A stretch of 34,670 nt of DNA from Macrostomum lignano (GCA_002269645.1 NIVC01004807.1:1-34670), one strand, 5' to 3'; positions 22,001 through 32,359 are shown, counted from the first letter of the stretch. Numbers and translations are program-made. Notes: generated by a model from the letters alone, not told the origin.

Positions 22001-25000
22001 ATGCTAATTCATGCAGGCATTCAATTCAGCTCGGCTATTCACGCTAGTGCGCATGATGACACGCTGCAGGTCAGACGCTTCACTCCAGCATCAAGAGGTC
22101 TCGAGCCATTTCATTTTTTATCATCAACGAAGTTTGCAGTGCTACAGGCTGTTGAGATGAGATTCGATTCATCCGAGAATAATTCTATTCGAGCGCAGCT
22201 CAAGTTCAACATTAGAATGGTGAGAATCAAGGAAGCTGCGGTAATCAATGCAGAAGATAAGTGGATCGCATGCGGTCTTGAGCTTCTCTCTGATCTAAGA
22301 GATTTTGAATTGTGGTGGTTGCAGCAGTTTTCTGAGCTGGAACGCAAGATTGATGCCTACAATTCAAATGGGAGCGGTTGGATAGTTGAGCAAATCAACT
22401 ATTTTGATCTGTGCTCTGCCCTCACTGATCGCATTCGCTACTATCGTGGACGATGCGCGAATTTTTCTTTGCCCAATCAGCTGGCCGTTAAGAAGGCCAT
22501 AATCAACCCACCGAGCGATGGAAACAATTGCTTTCTGTTTGCCTGTCTCGCTTACCTGCACAACAGAGATCCAGGTGTGATGAAGTCTTGCCATCGACTA
22601 ACAACTTACAGCAGATGGTTGGATGAAATCGATCTGAGCGGCATCGCACTACCAGTCGCAATTTCCGATTTAGACGTTATAGAGGAAAAGAATTCCGAAA
22701 TCTGTTTCACAGTTTTTAGCTGGGAAGATGATGAGGCCTATGTCATTCGCCAGCCTCTTCCTGGGATTTGTGCCTCTCGCAAGGTTATTCCTCTACTCTT
22801 GCTTCGCAACTCCAGCACCGATGATGCTGATGATGATGGTGGTGGTGATGAGAATTGTGGGACTGGACACTGGTGTGCAGTTTCGAACCTGGACCGGCTC
22901 CTGAACAGCAAAAAAGGTCTGAGGAATCGCAAATGGTGTGAGAAGTGCATTTCTCCGTTTCGATCCCAGGAAGAGTTGGAGCAGCATCGAGACAGCTGCA
23001 ATCCTCAACTGAAACCAGCCATCATGGAGCGCATGCCTGATGCAAGTAGCAACACAATGCAGTTCATGGCTTGGGAAAAGACAATCAGTCCCCCATTTGT
23101 TGTCTACGCAGATTTTGAAGCTCTGAACACCCCACGTGAACCAGTGGAGTCTGAAAGAGAAGTTACTGTCACCAAGTTAACTGAGCATGTACCTGTAGCT
23201 GCTGGCTACATTGTTATTCCAAGAGAGGGTATGAGCAGCAAAATTCTGAGGCCGAGTGAGGATGTTTTCCTCTGCAGCGGACCCAATCCGAATTCTGTCG
23301 TGAAACAGTTTTTGGCCTCACTCGAACGTCTTGCTCGTGAAGTTTATGGTTGGAATACCGAGTTTAGTCATCAGATTGCTGACAGAAACAGAGATGACAA
23401 CAGGCGCAGCTTTCAAGATGCCCACAGTGCTATTTATGCAATGCAGTGTTTATTTCATCTTCTGACAAGCACTGGGATCACGACCACCTCAGCGGTGAAT
23501 ACAAGGGTGCTGCCTGCGCTTCGTGTAACAAGCTTGCTCGGCTAAAACGGCGATTTTTGCCAATAGTTTTCCACAATCTTCGCGGATATGACCTGCATTT
23601 GATTTTCTCAACTGCGCTGGGTGACATGACTGGTTGGAGGGTGAGCGTCATCCCCCAAACTGCCGAGTCGTACCTCTCCATGAGGGTCGAGTTCCAGATT
23701 GATGAGTATGAGAAAGATGGCGTAAAAAAGCCCCTGTTTTTCACGCTACAATTCATCGACTCACTGCAATTCCTACACAGCAGTCTATCTCAACTTATTA
23801 AGAACTTGCCGGAGGACAACTGTCCCATCACTAATGCGATGCGATCAAAGTATCCAAATCTTTCAAGCGATGTACTGTTTAGTAAGGGAGTTTTCCCTTA
23901 TGATTATCTCTCGAATTTGAATGTGCTTGATGATCGCCAACTACCAAAAGTAGAAAGCTTTTTTAACCGACTCACCAACAGCCACTGTACCGAGGCGGAG
24001 TATCGGCATGCGCAGAAGGCCTGGACTGAATTCGAATCTACAACATTGCGCGATTACATGCTCTGCTACTTGGAGCTGGACATCAGGCAACTAGCAGATA
24101 TCTTTGAAGGGTTTCGAAGGCTGAGTTTGCAGGAAGACAAGCTAGATCCGGTGCATTTTGTGTCAACTCCAGGCCTATCATTCGCTTCTGCACTAAAGTC
24201 TTCTCAAGTCAAGATCGAACTGCTAACTGACCTCGAGATGTATAAAATGTTTGAAAAAGGAATTCGGGGTGGAATGTCTTTTGTCAATGTACATCATGTC
24301 CAGAGCGAAAGTAGCGATGATGATAATGAACCAGCAGGTAGGAGTTTACTGGCTGTTGATGCTAATAACCTTTATGGTCATGCGCTCACAATGCCCCTAC
24401 CTGTTGGTGGCTTTCGCTGGCTCAGTCAAGAGGAGCTCTGCTCATGGTCCGAGTGCCGCTTTCTTTCCCTGGATGATGACGCTCCAATCGGCTACCTTGT
24501 CGAAGCGGATTTGCTCTACCCAGCCGAAATCCACACGGCAACGGAGGATCTTCCATTCGCCCCAGAGAAAAGGTGTCCGAATTTTGAAGAATTTCCGCAG
24601 TACATGCGAGAATTATGGGTACTGCTTCAACATGACAATGATCATTCTCAGCATCATCAGCAGCAGCAGCCCGACGCGAACACGACTGAGAATCCTACCG
24701 TTGCGCGCTACCGTGGAGTACAAAAATTAATGCTCACATGCCACAACAAGTTTTCCTATGTACTGCACTCGTCTGCTCTCCGATTCTATCTATCGCACGG
24801 AATGAAGTTGCATGGGCTCCACAGGATGATCGAATTCAGGCAAGAACCTGTCTTCGCGGACTACATTAAGATGAATAGCGAGAAGCGCTCTATGGCGAAA
24901 AATGATTTCGAGAAGGATTTCTATAAACTGAAAAATAACTCCCTGTTTGGCAAAACAATGGAGAACGTGCGCAAGCGGCGGGACATCAGAGTGTGCAGTG

Positions 25001-25756
25001 ACAAGAAAAAAGCCAAGACTGTTTCTTCTCAACCAAATGTCGCATCATTCACAATCATTACGCCGTCACTCAGCATCTTTGAGCTTCAAAAGCGCGAAGT
25101 AACTCTTGATCGCCAATTTTCATGGGGCAGTGTGTTCTAGATCGCTCCAAGATCATCATGTATCGACTTTACTATGACAAAATAAAACCCATGCTAGAAT
25201 TCCGTGATGGAGCAAGAGTTCGAGTTTGCGGTGGCGATACAGACTCGTTGTTTTTGAGCTTAGAGAACCTTAGTTTGCAGAGAGAAGTGCTGCCAATCCT
25301 GCATGCCGAAGGCCTCTTGGACACCTCCAATTTTTTCACTAATCATCCTCTCTTCTCGAATCGGCTAAAGGCCAAGCTAGGCTGCATTAAAGATGAAGCT
25401 GGTGGACTGCAACAGATTGAGTGGGTGCTGCTAAGGCCCAAGCTCTATTCTTTCCTCGCTGAAAGCTCGGCGGCATGCAAAGCAAAAGCAAAAGGCATCC
25501 AACGAAGCGTGCTGAAGAATGAAGTCTCCCACGACGACTACGTCAAGATTTTCAAGGGGGCTTCAAAGCTGTCGCTCACTGTTCGTCGAATTGGAAGTGA
25601 GAAACATCGCGTTTTCACCATTGAGCAACGTAAGCTCGCTCTCAGTATCTGGGAGGACAAGCGAGCGTGGACTGGCTCGAATCAAGTCTTCCGTTCGGCC
25701 ACTTTCAGCTGTTAATCAGGGGTAGTCCGAAAAGGACAGCGGACTGCTTAGAGTGA
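22001..25756 (+). CDS. pPolB: Protein-primed family B DNA polymerase, three apparent 1-nt frameshifts (~23420, ~25110, ~25685)
   Basis: GSGW motif; KKAIINP..DGNNCF and GHWC (OTU-like protease dyad); C2H2-like WCEKC..H..SC; Exo I YADFE; DHDH..G...CxxCN insertion; FHNLRGYD; DSLQF; KGVFPYDY; motif A DANNLYG; motif B KLKNNSLFGKT; motif C GGDTDS; LRPKLY; KAKAKGI; repaired C-terminus NQSLPFGHF...stop at 25754-25756. The true start is uncertain. Confidence 0.96.
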
Positions 25757-26468
25757 TGCTTTGCACATCTGTGTAACCTTGGCGTTGAAATTTATTGACT
25801 TTTACTTATGTACTCCATGAATTGTTTCAGTGGTTTAATTAATCTGAATGATGATGATGATGATAATGATGGATGATGATGATAATGACAATGCTGGAAC
25901 GAATAGAGCCAATTCAGTTAGTTACATATTTGTAGTCTCTAAGCAACTAACTGAACGTAACATTTTCGAGTTGAGTTGTTCCAGATTTATTTCAATACGA
26001 ACTTGTGAAAGCCATGTTGGAATAATTTGCGGCATATTGGTCTGGCTTTCCCTTTTTTATTATCCTTGAATTTTTGCACAATTGAATGAACTGAGTTACT
26101 GTCCTTTTTTATCTTTGCTAGCTTTGCTACTCATATTTTTTGTAACCATTATCCAATGATTATCTGAAAAATATTGGCTTCCTTTTTCATTTCTGCTAGT
26201 TCTTGTTCGTTTTTGTCTTAGCAGTGCATAATCTGAGTGATGGGTGTGCTTTTTTTCTTGAGTTGGTTGTGGTCTGATTAAATTTTCTATACTCAAACTA
26301 ATATTGCGATTTCAGTTATGAAAATAAAGAAAAAGTCGATCGAAGTCTGATTTTCAGGTATATTGATTAAAATGCACGCATCTTAATACGTGGTATATGC
26401 ATGCAAGATTATTATATTTTTGTTCAGCTGTCGTCTTTTTATTTAATTGTTGAAACATATGGTTATTA

Positions 26469-27031
26469 TTAGCACAGAAAACGGACAAGCAAGGAAAAGT
26501 CGGAAATTAGCATGCTCATTGTTTTTGCACCACTGAGAACGAATGAGCCATTGTGAAAAAGCAGGCATTTGCAGAAGCTTAGTTTGCAGATCAAAGCAGA
26601 AAATGATTCTGGCTCATATTGAGCACTTGGTAAAGTGTTCACAAGATTAGCGAGGGGAAGTGCTCTGCACAAGTCAATTTTCCCATGCGCAGTAATAGTT
26701 TTAATCCGCACATGCACAGTTTGATGAGGCAGCAGTTGAGCAGGCACTCTGCGATGCAGCATAGCCACGAAGCGACGAGCGGCCCTGACTGAGGCCGAGT
26801 AGCTCCGGGCGCCACAGATACTCAGTTGTCCAGTCGGATAGAGCAATAGAGTCACTCTGGGACTCCGCATCCTCTTGATAAGCACTCGGGGCCAGACGGG
26901 CGATAGATGACATGAGCCATGCTGAGAGCCAGTTCCCGCAGAGGCAACTGGGCACCCCTGTCTCCAGCAAGTCTCAGATCCACGCCGCCGACCAGATTGG
27001 TCACTCGCAGGGCTGTCGCAGGTGTACTCAT
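26469..27031 (-). CDS. TATA-binding protein (TBP)-like protein, ~187 aa, one apparent 1-nt deletion near 26890
   Basis: From ATG 27031: MSTPATALRVTNLVGGVDL...LPLRELALSMAHVIYRP, then after the shift LIKRMRSPRVTLLLYPTGQLSICGARSYSASVRAARRFVAML...VRIKTITAHGKIDL...AQYEPESFSALICKLSFCKCLLFHNGSFVLSGAK. This matches both TBP core repeats by eye. An AATAAA follows ~25 nt after the stop. Confidence 0.85.
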
Positions 27032-27034
27032 TTA

Positions 27035-27545
27035 GAGAGTCCTTTCTGTCAGTGGTGCTGTCTTTGCGAGCTTTTGAGTGGTGCGGGCACACCTCGCTTC
27101 TTAAGTTGATACAGAACTTCGGTTTCAGCCAGTTGTAGTACAGTAATACATTTTTCACTGCACAACCAGTATCAGATGCTTGAATCAAAGGTGATCCCAG
27201 ATCCTCTAGGTTGTACACCTGTCTGCCAAGCAGCTCAGTCAGAAAGATGGACTTTTTCACCCCGCTTGTCCAGGTGGGACCGTAAGCAATGTTTAGAATG
27301 TCATTAGCCAAATGCATGTACGGTCGGGATCCATCTGTCCACTTGAAATGATGCAAATTCTTTGAGAGCTTTCTGTAATGTACTTGCATCTCAGGTGAGA
27401 TTCTGTCCCATGAGAACGGAGAGGCGTACACGTGATGAGTGATATGGTAACTGCCAGCCCGGACTTGGGCAATGGCCAGCTCCTTCACAACGAAATCTCT
27501 GCTCGATCTCTCGCGTGGGAAGCCTTGGAAGTCAATATAGTTCAT
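27035..27545 (-). CDS. Maverick accessory protein with DEDD/DnaQ-like exonuclease-type N-terminus (IDFQGF...FVVKELAI); 3' end uncertain
   Basis: Motifs DFQGF, KELA, HH.KW..G..PY, VYNLEDLG, CAVKNV..YNWL recall a family seen in invertebrate Mavericks and insect DNA viruses (recognition from memory). As sequenced it reads through into the TBP-like second half. Confidence 0.55.
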
Positions 27546-27557
27546 GATCGGATGGTT

Positions 27558-28280
27558 TCAAGACGCAAGATGTCGGGAAGCCGACTCAGTTCCCCTTCTT
27601 AAATAGTTTTTTTTCCTGCTCAGGTGTAGCCAGGCTCTCCCACTCCCGAATCCCTTAACTGTATGATGTGCAGGGGTGGCCTCTGGAGAAACAGCCGGTT
27701 TAGAAATTAGCTGCCTTACTGACTTTCCTATAGCCGAAGCTGGGATGTTAAGCTTTTTGTCTTGAAGCAATGAGACAAACTCACTCCAGCCTACCGGCTC
27801 GCTGGCACATTTCGAATCCCTCACCGCACTGTGAAACAAATCCAGGATGTTTGAGGAGGGTATTGTCTTCCCAGAAATTTGCGCCTCGCCATTTTCGGAC
27901 ACCCGAATCAGAGAGGGATTGCCAGATAGGATGGCCCATAGACTGCGGGCTCTCGCTTTAAACTTCTGCGGCACGGATTGGGTGATCTTTTCCCCCCAGC
28001 TGCTTGGTGCAATATCTGTTTTCAGCATCTTTGCATCACTCGCAGGTACCGCACCATCCTTTCCAGTCCGCTTGCGCTTGACCAGCAAACTCTTCATCGC
28101 ATCATGGTACATGGCAGCTTTCACATCGTCTGGGCAATCCTCGGCAAGCAAAATATCATTGCATTTCCTCTGCGCATATCTCACAGCAGTGTCCATTTCA
28201 GACTCGACTGGCTTCAAATTCTGTGTGAGCATGTCGTACTCTGACTTGGGGATCAGAACCATTTCTGAGAACTTATTCAT
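27558..28280 (-). CDS. Conserved Maverick core hypothetical protein, 240 aa
   Basis: MVLIPK start and GEAQISGKTIPSSNILDL..P.GW.EF..L..IP motifs typical of a conserved Polinton ORF near the ATPase; the PW/PZ/PM label cannot be assigned securely. Confidence 0.75.
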   Translation of the reverse strand: MNKFSEMVLIPKSEYDMLTQNLKPVESEMDTAVRYAQRKCNDILLAEDCPDDVKAAMYHDAMKSLLVKRKRTGKDGAVPASDAKMLKTDIAPSSWGEKITQSVPQKFKARARSLWAILSGNPSLIRVSENGEAQISGKTIPSSNILDLFHSAVRDSKCASEPVGWSEFVSLLQDKKLNIPASAIGKSVRQLISKPAVSPEATPAHHTVKGFGSGRAWLHLSRKKNYLRRGTESASRHLAS

Positions 28281-28584
28281 TTTGCTTCTTTTTCTTCACT
28301 AGCTTTATTAGAATGTAGAGAATTTTGATAAAACCCGTATTTAGCAGATCCGCAGTTCTTCTATGTGTAGAAATTTTGCGGATTATTTGCTTTTGCTTCA
28401 CCAGCGCTGCCTTTTGAGTGAGTGAGAACGACAGAGTGTTTTGCAATAGGTTGTAGCAGGCCTCAATGAGAAATTCACGTACGGCTTTTGGACCCGCTCT
28501 GATCAACAGACGTTTAAAGCTGATGGAATATTTCGGTGACGCGAGAACATCAAACAAACTTTCATGTGAGTCAAAGGTTTCCAT
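28273..28584 (-). CDS. Small conserved basic Maverick protein (~103 aa)
   Basis: FLIEACYNLLQN..L...QK..L.KQK.IIRKI pattern typical of the small Polinton ORF downstream of the ATPase; stop overlaps the next ATG. Confidence 0.7.
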   Translation of the reverse strand: METFDSHESLFDVLASPKYSISFKRLLIRAGPKAVREFLIEACYNLLQNTLSFSLTQKAALVKQKQIIRKISTHRRTADLLNTGFIKILYILIKLVKKKKQNE

Positions 28585-28637
28585 TATCATTAGTGTTGCA
28601 GAATATAGAACAAATGGCAAAATCTCGGCTGTTATTC

Positions 28638-29291
28638 TTAAGTGTAAACCAGGTGGGGTCGCTGATTGGGCAGGATTCGAGCCCGGACCCGCAGCTCATC
28701 AGGGGTGGAAGGGTGAAAATCCAGGAGCAGGTAGGCTCCCCTGCCGTGCGATGTCACGTGCTTGAACACTGACAGCAGAAATCCGGGCTTCTCAGCAAAG
28801 CACTGCCTGCCCAGCGCTGCAATCTGCAGCTGGTCTCTGGGGTTCTTCATGATCACAAAGTACATCGCATTCAGACTCATTGTTCGCAACTCCTTCCCTT
28901 TAAAAAATACATTTTGGGTGAGCATAACCAGAAAGCAGGGCAAATGATGGGCAATTCCAGTGAAAACATTTCGCATTGCAGCAGAATTGGAAGTTTCTTC
29001 AATCAGGTCATCAAATACAACCAGGTCATTGGGTCTCAGTGCGGTCTCGATACTGCTGGGAAATCCCTGCTGCAGGTGCACGCCGAGACTGCTGAGCTCA
29101 GAGTGTGCTGCTTGTGAAATCCCGTAGTACCACAGAACTCTCCCAGGCTTCACATCAAACAGGACATCCTTGTATTGTATCAGATGTTTCACGAAGGTTG
29201 TCTTTCCTGCATTTGTAGGCCCGCTGACAATCATGCAGCTTCCCTGTCGCAGGCGCACATCATAACAGTTTATCCGCTCACGTGTTTCCAT
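28638..29291 (-). CDS. ATP: A32-like (FtsK/HerA superfamily) genome-packaging ATPase, 217 aa
   Basis: Walker A GPTNAGKT, Walker B LVVFDD, HH..LVMLTQN.F, R.QI..LGRQ, YLLLD motifs; uninterrupted. Confidence 0.95.
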   Translation of the reverse strand: METRERINCYDVRLRQGSCMIVSGPTNAGKTTFVKHLIQYKDVLFDVKPGRVLWYYGISQAAHSELSSLGVHLQQGFPSSIETALRPNDLVVFDDLIEETSNSAAMRNVFTGIAHHLPCFLVMLTQNVFFKGKELRTMSLNAMYFVIMKNPRDQLQIAALGRQCFAEKPGFLLSVFKHVTSHGRGAYLLLDFHPSTPDELRVRARILPNQRPHLVYT

Positions 29292-29323
29292 CGCCTGTTG
29301 AGCTAAATCCTAATTTTGAAAGT

Positions 29324-29842
29324 CTAATTAAATTTCTTTTTTCTTAAGCAACTCTCAAACCTTTGCAGCATTCTCTCATTCAAGTGGCTCTGCTGATTTG
29401 CATGGAGGTGCCGCAGAACCCACTCAAACGAGCGCTTGAAACGAAACTTTTGATAGGCAAACAAGAGACAGAACAAACCGCATTTAGCAGAGTCACAGCT
29501 CTGAATTCGATTCACATTGCTACGTAAGTAGAATGGAGAATACCAAAAGGATTTCAGTGCTCTGTGAATGATCTCTAAAGTGCTGGAGTCCCAGCCCAGA
29601 GAGTTAAAGAGTTCTATGGAATTCTCCTTATCAGCATAACAAACCACCCAGTGACCGAAGGATGAGCTGTACTGAAGCAGAAAGAAAATAAACTTACATC
29701 GAGATAAATTTCTTTTGAGAGTTGCTCGCTGAATAAAGTTTAAAGCATAAGATGTTTTATTTATTGAATTCAAGACAATAATTAAACAGTTATTTTGTGG
29801 CAAAAAGCTTTTAGCCAGTTTAAGCAGTTGAAAAGCATCCAT
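29324..29842 (-). CDS. PRO: Adenain-like cysteine (maturation) protease, 172 aa
   Basis: GHW, FNSLG, RIQS..S..CGLFC motifs in the expected order; uninterrupted. Confidence 0.88.
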   Translation of the reverse strand: MDAFQLLKLAKSFLPQNNCLIIVLNSINKTSYALNFIQRATLKRNLSRCKFIFFLLQYSSSFGHWVVCYADKENSIELFNSLGWDSSTLEIIHRALKSFWYSPFYLRSNVNRIQSCDSAKCGLFCLLFAYQKFRFKRSFEWVLRHLHANQQSHLNERMLQRFESCLRKKKFN

Positions 29843-29865
29843 ATTAGCGTTGCGCCAGCGTACTC

Positions 29866-31145
29866 CTAGGATGGAAAATCTAGCAGAATCTCCCTGTGCT
29901 TGGTGACCTCAATCAGTGAGTCATACAGGCACATAACAATCAGAGATACAGGCTCCTCCAGGGCCTGTCGGAAGCGAATCTCCAGCCGCAAATTGCCCTC
30001 CTTCTGTCCGTACCACAGGGCCGCTCCCTCAGGCGTGAGATCGAATGCGAAAGCTGTGTTGCCGTTGGAGAACAACTGGTAGGGGACCCACGGAACCGAG
30101 TTGGTAGGGCTGGCTGACTGACAGCTTTTCAGGTAGTGCAAGTACTCTCTCACGAATGAATTATTCTCAGGTGCAAATGCAGCGTGGCACATGGCTTCAC
30201 CACCTTTCTTTAGTGCTAGCTGGCTGAGGTTGAAGCTCTGGAACTCGAAAGGGCTGGAATGGTGATGGCCATTGAAGGCTCGGTGGTTCACGAAGACCAG
30301 CATAACGAACTTCGGCAGTTTGCCATGGGTGAATCCTTCAATGTTTTTTGACTGAATTCCCTGGGGTAGAATAAAGTTTTGCATTTCGGTTCGCTCGATG
30401 GGGTAGAGTGCGTTCTGATTGGTCAGTCCCTGTTCATGCGCCAGGCTGATGTGAGGCGCCACTTTGACTCGGCGCAGGTTCAGAATGCAGTGGGAGATTT
30501 CCATTCGGTAGGCTGTGTTGTTATCATCTGGGGTTCGATGGCGAATGCAGTATCGCTGGGCATCAGCTTGATGTGCAGGTGTAAATTGTTCAGCAGCAGA
30601 ACAGGACACTGGAAATGTCGCTGAGCAGTGGTCCCGCATACTCCACCCAGCGGGACTCCCTGTGTCTCTCGCATGCCCCTCAGCAGCAGTTTCGGGTTCC
30701 AGGAATCCGGCGGGGTAGAACTTTAACTGCTGAGCATCGGATGAGCCATGAGAGCTTTTAGGTAGGCATGGTAGGGGTAGAGCTGGTCTCCACCTGATAC
30801 AATGCGCTGGTTGATGCTCACGATTACATCTGAGAATGCCGTAGACAGGACAAAGTTTTCTGGGTGCACCCCACTGTCTCTGCGCTCAGTGACAACTCCA
30901 TCGGCATTTCGAACCTCCTCCCTCATCAAAGCCCCGCCAAGCCGGACTAGGCGACAGCGAATATACAGGAATGAGCTCAGCAGATCAGTGTACTCATCAG
31001 CCGATGGATGACAGTCGAATTCAATAGGTGAGTTAGTAGCAATAGAGTTCACGGGGTGAATATCAACATATGTGGATTTTTCAATGGCAGTCTGCAGCAT
31101 GGGGGACTTGAACAAATCGAGTCTCGGGTTGAATCCGTAAGCCAT
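29866..31145 (-). CDS. PY: Major capsid protein (double jelly-roll, PY), at least three apparent 1-nt frameshifts between ~30730 and ~30535
   Basis: LDLF..P..QT.I....VDIHP, PIEF, EYTD, LYIRC, YPY.AYL, EYAGPLLSDIFQ..LLN..L.IKL (repaired), G.LPK, F.F..FNL, FAFDLTP, G.LRLEIRF, Y...IEV motifs typical of Polinton PY. Confidence 0.92.
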
Positions 31146-31147
31146 TG

Positions 31148-31556
31148 CTATGAGAGCGAGTCCAGAACACGTTTCACAGTCTTTTTGCTCACTTTTTGCT
31201 TTCCTTTGCCTGTTTTCTTGCTTTGAGTTTTAGACCTCCCTTTCTTAGGTTTATTTCGCCCTGACTGGCTTCTTTTCGGTGATTTCTCCGTCTTACTCTT
31301 TTTCTTCTTTTTTGTCTGCTTCTTACTGCCCTGTTTGACTAGTCGCTGCTTTGGTCTGTTTCTATTGCTTCTGCTGTTGCTGCTGCTACCGCTGGCGGTG
31401 GTATGCTGGCTTTGATAGCGATATTGACTTTGTGGAAGCTTCTGGAGGAGGCTGGTAAGTCATGATTCCTGGAAAACTCCCACAGCCATAGAGCGCCGGC
31501 TTTTGGCTTCCTGCCAGAGTCCCTGAATACTGACGAATCAGCTGTTGGTAGTTCAT
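31148..31556 (-). CDS. Small, highly basic putative core/DNA-condensing protein (~135 aa, one frameshift; missing from ORF track)
   Basis: ATG 31556 overlaps the penton stop (ATGA). N-terminus MNYQQLIRQYSG...YGCGSFPG. After a shift: ...NRNRPKQRLVKQGSKKQTKKKKKSKTEKSPKRSQSGRNKPKKGRSKTQSKKTGKGKQKVSKKTVKRVLDSLS-TAG, 2 nt before the MCP ATG. Confidence 0.7.
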
Positions 31557-32359
31557 TGTATTAGCCTTTCCCGAATATGAACTGTGAGCAGAACAGGGCT
31601 GCTGCTCCGAGCAGTCAGTGAGTAGCCAAAGATGTCACGCAGTTGAAATCTAATGCCATGTAGAAAATTAGCTTTCTGAATCGGGAAGAAAATTGCTTTC
31701 TTAAACACTTTGCTCATGTAGCTGCCCCATTCGACATCGGATGACATGCTCACAGTTCGCAGCACGGAGTTCCAGTTACAGTTTGTTCGCTCCACAATGC
31801 TGCAGTGCAAGTTGATCAGGTTGGTGGGCGGACAACCGATGCAGCAGAGTGACACTTGCCGTCCGGGTGGGATCTTCACAGGCTGGTTTCCGAATCCCAG
31901 CCACTGCAGAATTTTACTTGATGGAAGGAACAATTCTGCTCGAGCCGTGTTGTTGAGCACTACGTTCTCAACTCTTGGATTTCAAACTTTATGCCAATAT
32001 CTCTAGCGCTGCTTCGCCCCATTAAACCGGACTCATCAGCTTCCATTTCAGACTCCCTTTCGCTCATTGCATCGAAGAACAGTGACTCAGAGTTGGCCAG
32101 CAGCTCATTCAGCGCTCACCAGTTCCTCCACTCTAGCAAAGCGTCCGGGTTGAAGAACCAGGGCCTCATGCTCTCTTCCATCTGAGACAGTGAAGCAGTA
32201 AGGCTCGTCAACATTGAACCATGCAGCAGGCAGATGGATTTCAGCCAGACCTGCCTCATAGTCCACATTTCGATCCAAGTAAATAGGTGAAGGCAGGTGA
32301 AAATGAAAGTCACTAGGAGTACCTTCAGCATTTTCGCTACAAATGATGATGCTTCTCAT
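31553..32359 (-). CDS. PX: Minor capsid (penton, PX) protein, two apparent frameshifts (~32110, ~31965)
   Basis: S.F...LPSPIYL...YEAGLAEIHLP..W.N start; LGF; INLHCSIVE; VLRTV; FFPI..I.FQLRD..G; TVHIR end, typical of Polinton PX. Confidence 0.85.

Noticed and set aside
25848-26069. MMMMMIMMDDDD ORF
   Set aside because: Translation of a short (ATG/GAT)n microsatellite in the convergence region.
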